Positions 1 through 9,580 of a stretch of DNA of 64,000 nucleotides are shown in pieces (position 1 is the first letter of the stretch; every line of letters begins with the position of its first letter). The position numbers and the translations under genes are program-made. Source of the DNA: Candidatus Kapaibacterium sp. GTDB taxonomy: Bacteria; Bacteroidota; Ignavibacteria; Kapaibacteriales; UBA7675. Where the stretch lies: contig JANQRB010000154.1 of assembly GCA_028284775.1 (NCBI GenBank), positions 39,785-103,784 on the forward strand, read 5' to 3'. The notes under the pieces were generated by a model, which was given only the letters and a program-made list of their open reading frames with translations, was not told where the DNA came from and ran no database searches.

Positions 1-2
1 GC

Positions 3-353
<351 letters not shown>

Positions 354-433
354 GTGGACCCAACACGTGCCGGGCGAGGGCGGTATGCACTGGCCTGTGA
401 TTGTCATTTTTCATTAAATCCAGGGATCGCGCG

Positions 434-1831
434 ATGATTGTTTTTGGTACCGACGGATGGCGCGGAGTTATCGCCCGCGACTTCACTTTTGATAACCTGC
501 ACTCAGTTGCCTTAGCGACCGCAATCTATGCCAAAAAAATCCAGCCGGAAAAGCCGGCAGTCGTGGTCGGCTACGATGCCCGCTTCCTGTCGCGGGAATT
601 CGCCGAGGATACGGCTTGTATCCTCGCCTCGAAGGGGGTACTGGTTCATCTGGCCAACGGCATTGCTTCCACGCCGCAGGTCTCCTTCGCCACCAAACAA
701 AAGAAGGCTACCTTGGGCGTTGTTATTACCGCCAGTCACAATCCAGCCAAGTACAACGGCTACAAGCTGAAAGGCAGCTTCGGCGGCCCGGCCTTTCCGG
801 AACAGATCAAAGACCTGGAAAAAGAACTTGGCAAAGTTCTCAAGAAAAAGCCCGCCATAAACTTCAAGTCGGTTGATGACTATATCAAAAGCAAGATGAT
901 TCGCCTCTTCAATGCCAAAGAATCTTATCTGCGGTATCTGAAGCGTAAAATCGACATCAAAGCAATTATCGATGCCGGCACTAAAGTTCTCTACGACCCC
1001 ATGCATGGCGCCGGGATCGATACCATCGGCCAGATTTTGCCGCAGGCCGATCAGATTCATGCAGACTTCAACCCTTCCTTTGGCGAGATCGATCATCCCG
1101 AGCCTATGGCGGAATACCTCGGCACGCTGCTTGAAAAGATGAAGGGCGGCGACTACGATATCGGCATTGCTACCGACGGCGACGCCGACCGCCTCGGCGC
1201 CGTCGACGAACAGGGCAATTTCGTCGATTCGCATCGGATCTTTATGCTTCTGCTGAAGTACTTGTATGAAGATAAACGCAAACGCGGTGCTGTCGCCAAA
1301 ACCGTTTCACTCACCTCCATGGTGAATAAATACTGTCAGCAAAAAGGCATCACTATCAAGGAAACGCCCGTTGGCTTTAAGCATATCGCCCAATTGATGG
1401 TCAAGGAAAAGATTCTGATCGGCGGCGAAGAGTCAGGCGGCCTGGGCACAATAGTCCACATTCCCGAGCGCGACGGTTTGTTTAACGCCCTGCTCCTGAT
1501 GGAGATGATGATTACGCGCAAGAAGTCGCTGAAGCAATTGTGCGACGAGCTGGATCAGGAGTTCGGCCTGCACCGCTATCGCCGCCGTGATGTGCTCGTC
1601 ACCGAGCGTATCAAACAGCAGGTACTTAAAGCGGCTGCGCGGCGTCCTAAGAAATTGGGACGTTACCTTATCACCGGATACGATACGACCGACGGCTTTA
1701 AGTTTTTCATCGAGAACGGCTGGATGCTGATCAGAGCTTCCGGCACGGAGCCGCTGCTGCGGTACTATGCCGAAGCCGACTCGCTTACTAAAGTCAATGA
1801 GATGCTGGACGAGGGGATGAAGCTGCGTTGA
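434..1831 (+). CDS. Phosphoglucomutase/phosphomannomutase family protein (alpha-D-phosphohexomutase)
   Basis: The N-terminus has GTDGWRG and the active-site Ser loop is TASHNPAKYNGYK, both typical of PGM/PMM. The ATG at 434 is preceded by AGGGA at 422-426. The ORF track starts at TTG 401. Confidence 0.85.
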   Translation: MIVFGTDGWRGVIARDFTFDNLHSVALATAIYAKKIQPEKPAVVVGYDARFLSREFAEDTACILASKGVLVHLANGIASTPQVSFATKQKKATLGVVITASHNPAKYNGYKLKGSFGGPAFPEQIKDLEKELGKVLKKKPAINFKSVDDYIKSKMIRLFNAKESYLRYLKRKIDIKAIIDAGTKVLYDPMHGAGIDTIGQILPQADQIHADFNPSFGEIDHPEPMAEYLGTLLEKMKGGDYDIGIATDGDADRLGAVDEQGNFVDSHRIFMLLLKYLYEDKRKRGAVAKTVSLTSMVNKYCQQKGITIKETPVGFKHIAQLMVKEKILIGGEESGGLGTIVHIPERDGLFNALLLMEMMITRKKSLKQLCDELDQEFGLHRYRRRDVLVTERIKQQVLKAAARRPKKLGRYLITGYDTTDGFKFFIENGWMLIRASGTEPLLRYYAEADSLTKVNEMLDEGMKLR

Positions 1832-1913
1832 GCCCGTCCCTCAGCCATGACGCGCCGTGTAGTTCGGTGCGTTAAGCCGAGGTATTAAGCAACATTTATC
1901 AGCGAAAATTGAG

Positions 1914-1955
1914 GCAGCGCGGTACTGACAAAGTGCCGCGCTGTCGTCGTTTTTA
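1914..1955 (+). terminator. Rho-independent terminator candidate downstream of the phosphohexomutase gene
   Basis: GCAGCGCGGTACT...AGTGCCGCGCTG forms a 12-bp stem with one mismatch. It is followed by TCGTCGTTTTT. Confidence 0.5.
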
Positions 1956-2200
1956 CACAGATAAAAAAAATTTCTAACTCTTACTTTAAAGAGATATCTT
2001 GAAAATTTAGTGGAGAATAACAAAAATGAATTTCACGATGTCCCGCACCCTTGCCCGGACGCTTTGAATATCCGCCGGACCAACTGCACTAGTGCTGAGC
2101 ACAACTTGGGGTATTGTTCGATTTTTCATTACTGTCGAATCGCGGTTGAGAGCAGCCCTGCGATTATCGAATTCACATTCTAGCAACAGGAGAAATGTGT

Positions 2201-4330
2201 ATGAAAAAGTACGAGAGTGACCGAATCCGCAATGTCGCCTTGATGGGACATTCGGGTTCGGGAAAAACAACCCTTGCAGAGACGATGCTGTTTGAAGCCG
2301 GTGCCCTGAGCCGCCGTGGAACCGTCGAGGAAAGCAACACCGTTTCCGATTATCACGACGTTGAAATGGATCGCGGTAACTCGGTCTTCGGCACCCTGCT
2401 GCATGCGGAATGGCGCGATCACAAAATCAATATCGTCGATACTCCTGGTTATGATGATTTCGTAGGCGAAGTGCTCTCGGCCTTGCGCGTTGTGGATACC
2501 GGCATAATGGTGCTGGCGGCTTCCGACGGCGTTCAGGTGGGAACCGAGCTCATCTGGCAGCAGACGGTTCAGCTAAATACCCCAATGATTTTTGCGGTTA
2601 ATAAACTCGATCACGATAAATCCAACTTTGAGCAGACGGTCGAGCAGGCCAAGGATCGATTCGGACGATCGGTCACGGTCGTTCAGTATCCGCTCAATGA
2701 AGGCGGCAGTTTCAATACGATCGTCGACGTTCTTAAGATGACGGTCTATAAGTTTTCCGCTGAAGGCGGAAAGCCGGAAAAGCTGCCGATCCCGGCGGAG
2801 GAAAAAGAAAAGGCCGAGCAACTCCATAATGAGCTGATCGAATCCATCGCCGAAAACGATGAAGGACTGATGGAGCTGTACTTTGAAAAAGGCACGCTCG
2901 ATGAAGACGAAATGCGAGCCGGGCTCAAAGCCGGCCTGATGAAACGTCAGATCTTTCCCCTATTCTGTGTCTGCGGGCGTCGCAATATGGGCAGTGGCCG
3001 ACTGATGGGATTCATCGACAATGTCGCGCCCGCACCGGCTGATATGCCGCCAAAAAAATCTGTCGACGGCAGCGAGTTGCCATGTGATTCCAATGGTCCG
3101 CTGGTGTTGTTTGTTTACAAGACGCTGTCCGAAGCTCACGTCGGCGAGATGGCCTATTTCCGGGTCAGCTCGGGCAAACTTCATTCGGGCATGGATCTGG
3201 TTAATCAGGCCAACGGCGGCTCGGAGCGGGTGACGCACTTTTTTGCCGTGAACGGCAAGAAGCGCCAGGAAATCGATGAATTATACGCCGGCGACCTGGG
3301 GGCTACGGTCAAACTTAAGGATACCCACGCCAATCAGACTCTCCATGAAAAAGGCAAGCCGATTGCGATGCCGGCTGTTGCCTATCCCTCGTCCAAAGTT
3401 CGCACGGCCATTCGCCCGGCCAATGCCAAAGAAGAAGAAAAGCTGGCCGCTTCCCTTCATCGCCTGCACAAAGAGGATCCGACACTGATTGTGGAGCACT
3501 CGCAGGAACTGCGGCAGACCATCCTTCACGGTCAGGGCGAATTGCATTTCACCGTCGTCAAATGGAGCCTGGAACACCGCTTCGGCGTTCAGGCCGAGTT
3601 TATCCCGCCGCGTATTTCTTATCGCGAAACGATTCAACGATCGACGAAAGGTCATTACAAACACAAAAAACAGACCGGCGGCGCGGGGCAGTACGGCGAA
3701 GTCTACATGGTGCTGGAACCCTATACGGAAGGTATGGCGGCGACGCCGGATGTCAACGTCCGCCATACGGACGAGATCGAGCTGGAATGGGGCGGCAAAC
3801 TGGTCTACCAGAACTGCATCGTCGGCGGGGTGATCGACCAGCGCTTTTTACCCGCCATTCTGAAGGGCATCATGGACAAAATGGAGAACGGACCGCTGAC
3901 CGGCTGTTATGTACGCGACATCAGGGTCAGTATTTACGACGGCAGTATGCACTCGGTGGATTCCAATGAAGCCGCTTTCAAGACCGCGGCCTTAATGGCC
4001 TTCCGCGATGCTTTTGCCGAAGGCGATCCGAAGATCCTCGAGCCCATTTTTGAGGTGGAAGTCATCGTACCCGACGAGTATGTGGGGGATGTAATGAGCG
4101 ACCTGCCATCCCGTCGCGCGACAATTATCGGTATCGACGCCGACGGACATTACCAGCGCATCAAGGCCAAAATGCCGCAGGCCGAGCTCGACGGTTATTC
4201 AACGGCTTTGCGCGCCATGACGCAGGGGCGCGCCACCTATTCCGGCAGCTATGACGGCTATGCGCCGGTTCCGCACGATCTGCAGGACAAATTGATCGCT
4301 GCGCACAAAAAGTCGGAGGAAGATGCCTAG
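2201..4330 (+). CDS. Elongation factor G family translational GTPase (EF-G paralog)
   Basis: The G1 motif is GHSGSGKTT, the G3 motif is DTPGYDDF, and the C-terminal EF-G domains IV/V are present over ~710 aa. The ATG at 2201 sits 8 nt after AGGAG at 2188-2192. An upstream ATG at 2195 is too close to that RBS. Confidence 0.85.
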   Translation: MKKYESDRIRNVALMGHSGSGKTTLAETMLFEAGALSRRGTVEESNTVSDYHDVEMDRGNSVFGTLLHAEWRDHKINIVDTPGYDDFVGEVLSALRVVDTGIMVLAASDGVQVGTELIWQQTVQLNTPMIFAVNKLDHDKSNFEQTVEQAKDRFGRSVTVVQYPLNEGGSFNTIVDVLKMTVYKFSAEGGKPEKLPIPAEEKEKAEQLHNELIESIAENDEGLMELYFEKGTLDEDEMRAGLKAGLMKRQIFPLFCVCGRRNMGSGRLMGFIDNVAPAPADMPPKKSVDGSELPCDSNGPLVLFVYKTLSEAHVGEMAYFRVSSGKLHSGMDLVNQANGGSERVTHFFAVNGKKRQEIDELYAGDLGATVKLKDTHANQTLHEKGKPIAMPAVAYPSSKVRTAIRPANAKEEEKLAASLHRLHKEDPTLIVEHSQELRQTILHGQGELHFTVVKWSLEHRFGVQAEFIPPRISYRETIQRSTKGHYKHKKQTGGAGQYGEVYMVLEPYTEGMAATPDVNVRHTDEIELEWGGKLVYQNCIVGGVIDQRFLPAILKGIMDKMENGPLTGCYVRDIRVSIYDGSMHSVDSNEAAFKTAALMAFRDAFAEGDPKILEPIFEVEVIVPDEYVGDVMSDLPSRRATIIGIDADGHYQRIKAKMPQAELDGYSTALRAMTQGRATYSGSYDGYAPVPHDLQDKLIAAHKKSEEDA

Positions 4331-4370
4331 CGCGGTATCCGGCCGGCAGCAATAATATTCAAAATTGAAA

Positions 4371-4407
4371 GGGGCGCGTCGATTCATCGACTGCGCCCTT
4401 ATTTTTT
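4371..4407 (+). terminator. Rho-independent terminator after the EF-G gene
   Basis: GGGGCGCGTCGA-ttca-TCGACTGCGCCC forms a GC-rich stem, followed by TTATTTTTT. Confidence 0.6.
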
Positions 4408-4805
4408 GCCAATTCGACAGTGACGGCTTTCCCTGTTTTCGTGTCTTGATCCGGCAACCGGCATGCAAGGAACCGGCGACAAACTGCGGCTTCGGATTGT
4501 CATTCCGGCATACTTATGAAGCTTCGGTGAGCATGCTAGCGTTAAAAATGTGCATAATTTGAAACTATGCGGTTTCGGTGATTGCAATATCTCGACGAGA
4601 GAATTATTATAGTAGCGTTCCCGCTGCTGGGTTCCGACCCGCTCAATGATGCCGGTGCATGGCGACGTCCCGATCAAAGTACATCGCCCGTGTGAAACTT
4701 TCATGAGCACAAGTGTTTCTTGCTATGATGTCGGCCGGAATTCAGGGAATTAATCGTCCACACAATGAGCAACCAGAGTCTGCCGTGAAGTTCAAAGGAA
4801 TCTCT

Positions 4806-7175
4806 ATGCAAAGCTATATAGTACAATTGGCGGGGATTGTCGTCTTCGCACTGTGTGCAATTACACCAGCGCCGGCGCAATGGCTGAAAAGCACCAATAT
4901 ACCCGCGCCCTACGACAACAATCACTGGCTGGATGTCTATTTTCTGCGCAGCAACCCCGATTTCGGCTGGGTCTGCGGCTTTCAGGGTTTTGTGATCCGT
5001 ACAACCGACGGCGGAGCGACCTGGCAGGGGAGCCAGATACCGAATGCCTTTCATCTGGAAAGCGTCAATTTTCCCACGGAGCGCATCGGCTATTGCACCG
5101 GACCGGCCGGCGTTTTCAAATCTACCGATGGCGGCGAGACCTGGCGCGACATTCGTCCTGCCAGCGCCGAACAGAACGGCGGCGGCTTTCCGCCCACCTG
5201 GCGCATTTGGGGCTGTTACTTCTTTGATGCCGATAACGGCTATATGGTCGGCGGCGGCTGCGGCAACAGTCCACAGCAGTTTTTCCGGACGACTAACGGC
5301 GGGACAACCTGGTCGAAATTCACGCTGAATAACGGGCAGTCCGGCCTGACGGATGTTGTGGTGTATGATCTCAACGGGCTGGGCTATGCCGCCGGCAGCG
5401 GCTACGTGTATCAGACCTTCGACGGCGGGCGCAGCTGGCAATCCCTGACAACGACCGGCTCGCGCGTATGGCATGAAGAGGTCACCAATGTCAATCAGTC
5501 TTTCCTGGTACCGGTCGCCGGGACCGATTGTTCGGGCGGCGGACTGAATGTAGGCGGAATGCGCTTCAGTACGGATGGCGGCAGCACCTGGGAAAGTGAA
5601 GTTGTCCCGGATCGAATGTATGGCGCGTATCTTGCCGATGAGCGGACCGGTTGGGCCTGCGGCCTGACAGGTCTTGTCTATTACACGGACGATGCCGGTG
5701 TTACCTGGGACTTGCGGAATTGCGGCATCGATGACAATGACAGTCTCGACGACATGTATTTTATCGATGAAGATCGCGGTTGGGTGGTAGGCAACGGCGT
5801 GTATCGTTCAAACTTTTTCGTGCTCGATCCGCCCGTGGTAAGCGCAAACGGCCCCCTGACATTTTGTGAAGGCGGCAACGTGGAATTGACGGCTTCGGAA
5901 GGATATGCCTTGTATCGCTGGTCAAATGGCGAGTTCGGCCGTTCGATTACAGTCGAAGAATCCGGCGACTATACCGTCCGGGTGGCGGATATTACCGGTT
6001 GTCACCGCGCCGAAGCAACGGTCAGCGTCGAGATTGTGCCGCGTCCACTGCCGGTCATCAGTGCTGAAGGCAACGCGACGGTACTTTGTGAAGGTGAAAC
6101 GATTCGTCTGAGCGTAGCGGAAGGCTATGCAAACTACGAATGGTCCAACGGCGCCACCGAGCCCAGTATCCTGGTAAGCGAGGCGGGCGAATTCAGCGTC
6201 ACGGTAACGGATGAGAATGGTTGCACGGGAGTATCGGCGCCTTTCAACGTGCGCATCGTGCCCAATCCCGAACCCGAGATCGAACTGTCCGGCCTGCCCT
6301 TTTTCTGCCGGGGCGAAACGGTGGAATTGTCCGTAAAAAGCGAATATGATTCCTACCTTTGGTCCACCGGCGAAACGACACGACGCATTGCGGTCGGTGA
6401 AGCGGGACTGTATTCGGTGACCGTTACCGATGTCAACGGCTGTACGGGGACTGCCGCCGCCGTGGAAGTACGACTGCGCGCCGATGCCGATCAATTGCGC
6501 ATCATTTCCAATCTGGCGGATGGTGTTTACATCTTTCCCGACCGGCATACGGGCGTACTCTTCTGCGGCGAAATTGAACTTGAAAACACCTCGCCGACTG
6601 ACTTGGTCGAAATTCCAGTCGCCAGCCTGCTTCGCAACATTGAATTCTCACTGCCGCGCAGTCAATTCCCGCTCGTCCTGCAGCCGGGCCAACGCAAGTC
6701 GCTGCGTGTTTGTTTTACGCCCCGGCAACTCGGCGAATTTCGCGACACGCTGATTCTGCCGGAACAGTGTCTGCCGCCGCTGGCTTTATTGGGACAGGGC
6801 GTGCCGCAGATTTTCAGTGCACATAGCGACTGTGATGTCGACCTCAGCGCGCGTACAGCCGAAACGCCGGATGGAATTCTGGCCTCATTCCAACCATTTC
6901 CGAATCCGGCCGCCCGGGAATTCACCGCGCCCATGCAAAAAACTTTTGAAATCGGTCAGGCCGGTGTTACCGAACGCTGTTGCCTCTATGACAGATTCGG
7001 CAGCCTTGTGGCTGAAGGCCGGTACCGCAGGACGGAACGCAGCAGCAACGGCGACACCGTGTACGAATGGGGTGAATTTGTCGTCAATGTCGAAGGCCTG
7101 TCGCAGGGCCTGTATTATCTCAGTATTCAGTCCGAAGGCGCTGTCCTTTCGTATGCGGTCGCCATCGCCCGTTGA
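4806..7175 (+). CDS. Secreted multidomain protein: BNR/Asp-box (Ycf48-like) beta-propeller, four tandem Ig-like Cys-containing repeats, and a T9SS C-terminal sorting domain
   Basis: There is a signal peptide MQSYIVQLAGIVVFALCAITPAPAQ. Six S/TxDGGxTW Asp-box motifs are present: TTDGGATW, STDGGETW, TTNGGTTW, TFDGGRSW, STDGGSTW and TDDAGVTW. Four ~90-aa repeats each contain CEGGxVxL..GYAxYxWSNG...GCxxxxAxVxVxIVP. The C-terminus has FPNPAAREF...GLYYLSIQSEGAVLSYAVAIAR, which is Por_Secre_tail-like. Confidence 0.7.
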   Translation: MQSYIVQLAGIVVFALCAITPAPAQWLKSTNIPAPYDNNHWLDVYFLRSNPDFGWVCGFQGFVIRTTDGGATWQGSQIPNAFHLESVNFPTERIGYCTGPAGVFKSTDGGETWRDIRPASAEQNGGGFPPTWRIWGCYFFDADNGYMVGGGCGNSPQQFFRTTNGGTTWSKFTLNNGQSGLTDVVVYDLNGLGYAAGSGYVYQTFDGGRSWQSLTTTGSRVWHEEVTNVNQSFLVPVAGTDCSGGGLNVGGMRFSTDGGSTWESEVVPDRMYGAYLADERTGWACGLTGLVYYTDDAGVTWDLRNCGIDDNDSLDDMYFIDEDRGWVVGNGVYRSNFFVLDPPVVSANGPLTFCEGGNVELTASEGYALYRWSNGEFGRSITVEESGDYTVRVADITGCHRAEATVSVEIVPRPLPVISAEGNATVLCEGETIRLSVAEGYANYEWSNGATEPSILVSEAGEFSVTVTDENGCTGVSAPFNVRIVPNPEPEIELSGLPFFCRGETVELSVKSEYDSYLWSTGETTRRIAVGEAGLYSVTVTDVNGCTGTAAAVEVRLRADADQLRIISNLADGVYIFPDRHTGVLFCGEIELENTSPTDLVEIPVASLLRNIEFSLPRSQFPLVLQPGQRKSLRVCFTPRQLGEFRDTLILPEQCLPPLALLGQGVPQIFSAHSDCDVDLSARTAETPDGILASFQPFPNPAAREFTAPMQKTFEIGQAGVTERCCLYDRFGSLVAEGRYRRTERSSNGDTVYEWGEFVVNVEGLSQGLYYLSIQSEGAVLSYAVAIAR

Positions 7176-7740
7176 GAACCGGACTGAAAAGTGATGAGCC
7201 TCGAAATTTTGCCCTTGCGCTGACAGGCGCACTTCACTATGTTTAACGCATTCATACCCTTCGGATAATCGCTTCAATCTTGTACCCTCGGAAAGTACAT
7301 TATTATCACAGATCGGATAGCCCCTCCGATCATTAATCATCATCATTCGTTCCTGAATGAGTCAGGCGTATCGTCGTACAACGAAGCGCCCGCATGATAA
7401 TTTATAGGATGCTATAGTCTTACTTGCCACGAATTGTATTAACAGGTCTGAACCGTAACACCGGCCCGCGGCAGCGGCTGGCTGGTTCAATTTCAAGGGC
7501 TCCTATCCTGAACGTCGCTTAACACCTTTTCATAACTGTCTCCTCTTCCTGATTCGGCTATGATAGCCGCCTTAAGAGAGTGGGCAGCGCAATTGTTGTC
7601 GCAACAATTGTGAAAACAGGCAGCCGGTACTAAAAACTGGACTGTGAATCTGTGTTGTACTTCGAAGACGAGGGAATCTATCGGAATATCTGTTTCGACG
7701 TGTAATTGTTTTTGTTTTACAACTCTGCGAAACGGAACTT

Positions 7741-8415
7741 ATGGATTCTACATTGTATGGTCTCAATAGCGATCGACAAGGCCTCAACTTTGAATTGGCA
7801 ATACCAAGGCTCAGCCTGACTGCTAAACGTACAATCGATTTCTTCGGCTCTCTTCTGATTCTGCTGTTCTTGCTGCCATTGCTGCTGCTGGTCGCAATTA
7901 TGGTCAGGTGCAGCTCGCGCGGCCCCGTCTTTTATGTGCAGTCGCGCGTCGGGTATCGAGGCCGAAATTTTCGCTTGTACAAATTCAGAACAATGATCGT
8001 AGATCAGGATCACTGCGCGGAGATTCAACGTGTTAAACAGCTTGCCAGGCAAGGCATATTGCTTAAATTGAAGAACGATAGTCGAATAACGCCGATCGGC
8101 CGTATTCTCAGACGCACGAGCATCGATGAGCTGCCTCAGTTGCTCAATGTTCTGAAGGGTGAGATGAGTCTCGTTGGGCCGCGGCCCCTTGCGCCCTTTC
8201 TGCTGGATCCTTATCCTGAATTCAGCCGGATTCGATCGCTTGTTAAGCCGGGGATTACCGGTCTGTGGCAGATTCGCGCGCGTGAGTTGAATACCAATGC
8301 CGCCTATATGATGGAGCATGACGTGGAGTACATTCGCAGGTTCGGCTTCCGGCTTGATCTCGCGATTCTGCTGCGTACGATCCCCGTCTGCCTTAGCGGC
8401 AAAGGAGCCTATTAA
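7741..8415 (+). CDS. Bacterial sugar transferase (undecaprenyl-phosphate hexose-1-phosphate transferase, WbaP/EpsL-like)
   Basis: An N-terminal TM helix is followed by KFRTM...ELPQLLNVLKGEMSLVGPRP, the hallmark of the Bac_transf family. Confidence 0.85.
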   Translation: MDSTLYGLNSDRQGLNFELAIPRLSLTAKRTIDFFGSLLILLFLLPLLLLVAIMVRCSSRGPVFYVQSRVGYRGRNFRLYKFRTMIVDQDHCAEIQRVKQLARQGILLKLKNDSRITPIGRILRRTSIDELPQLLNVLKGEMSLVGPRPLAPFLLDPYPEFSRIRSLVKPGITGLWQIRARELNTNAAYMMEHDVEYIRRFGFRLDLAILLRTIPVCLSGKGAY

Positions 8416-8438
8416 CAATCCCTGGTGAGTGTCAGCGG

Positions 8439-9572
8439 ATGGAAGGAAGTTTGCAAGCCATCGAAACGCCATTTGTGCTGCTAGATTACACGCGTCTGCG
8501 GGGCAACATCCGCCGTATGCAGGCACTGGCCACGGAGCATGCCATGCATTTGCGGCCACATTGCAAAACGCATAAGTGCATCGAAATAGCGCACATGCAA
8601 ATCGAGGCCGGAGCTGTCGGCCTCACAGCGGCAACGTCTGAGGAAGCCCGCTACTTTATGTCGCAGGGAGTTGCCTCTATCACCCTGGCCTTTCCGATGA
8701 TCAGCGCTGCACAGCTTGACCGTTTGCTGGCCTGCGCCCGCAGGCACGGCGCCGACCTGCGTCTGATCGTCGATAGTTTCGCCGGACTGCACGCGCTCAG
8801 TGCGGCTGCCCGGCGTCAGGAATATCCAGCAGGCGTCTATCTAAAGGTCGATGTTGGCTTGCATCGCTGCGGTCTCACAGCCGGGAGTGAAGACATTCCA
8901 GTCTTAACAAAAGAGATCCTGGCCGATGGTCGGCTTAAATTCTGCGGTCTGCTGGCGCATGCCGGCCACGCATATATGGCGAAAGTATTTGATGAACTGC
9001 GCCTCGTGGCCCAGGAAGAACGCGCTATCCTGAACCAGGTAAGGAATCATCTGAGTGAAAGCCGCATCGATTGTCCGGAAATTTCGGTCGGAGCGACGCC
9101 AAGCGTCTTAGCCTGCGATGACTTCAGCGGCATAACGGAACTCCGGCCGGGTAACTATGTCTTTCTCGATGCAACGGCACTGATGCTTGGTGTTGCTCAG
9201 ATTCAGGATGTCGCCCTCACCGTTCTGGCGACCGTTGTCAGTGTTAACAAACACTACTGGATTATCGATGCCGGCTCCAAGACGCTTAGCTCGGACAGGG
9301 GGGCGCACGGCAGCAGCTCCCTGCAGGCTTATGGCTGGGCCTGGCCGCTTCAACATTTTGGCGCCGAGGACTATCGCCTCGACATTGTTCGTCTTTCCGA
9401 AGAGCACGGATTTATCGCTCGTTCCGAGCTCGACTTGAGCATTGGCGATCGGGTCAGAATCATTCCAAATCATGCGTGTGTTGTCGCCAACCTCGCCGCT
9501 GAATATGTTGTGCAGGGCGCGGGCGCCGCAGTCGAGCGCTGGCCGGTAGCCGCCCGTGGCTTTGCCCTGTAA
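8439..9572 (+). CDS. Alanine-racemase-fold PLP-dependent enzyme, DSD1 / D-threonine aldolase (D-TA) family
   Basis: The N-terminus has LRPHCKTHKC with a PLP-lysine in the alanine racemase N-domain context. The C-terminal D-serine dehydratase-like domain is present, and the length of 377 aa is typical. Confidence 0.7.
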   Translation: MEGSLQAIETPFVLLDYTRLRGNIRRMQALATEHAMHLRPHCKTHKCIEIAHMQIEAGAVGLTAATSEEARYFMSQGVASITLAFPMISAAQLDRLLACARRHGADLRLIVDSFAGLHALSAAARRQEYPAGVYLKVDVGLHRCGLTAGSEDIPVLTKEILADGRLKFCGLLAHAGHAYMAKVFDELRLVAQEERAILNQVRNHLSESRIDCPEISVGATPSVLACDDFSGITELRPGNYVFLDATALMLGVAQIQDVALTVLATVVSVNKHYWIIDAGSKTLSSDRGAHGSSSLQAYGWAWPLQHFGAEDYRLDIVRLSEEHGFIARSELDLSIGDRVRIIPNHACVVANLAAEYVVQGAGAAVERWPVAARGFAL

Positions 9573-9580
9573 AAAGGCCT

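Noticed and set aside
512-1234. 240-aa minus-strand ORF
   Set aside because: It is antisense and fully inside the phosphohexomutase gene, whose product has clear family motifs. It is typical high-GC antisense read-through.
4701-5474. 257-aa minus-strand ORF (with 5922-6548 and 6885-7346)
   Set aside because: It is antisense to the BNR-propeller/T9SS gene and has no motifs. The plus-strand product carries unmistakable Asp-box repeats.
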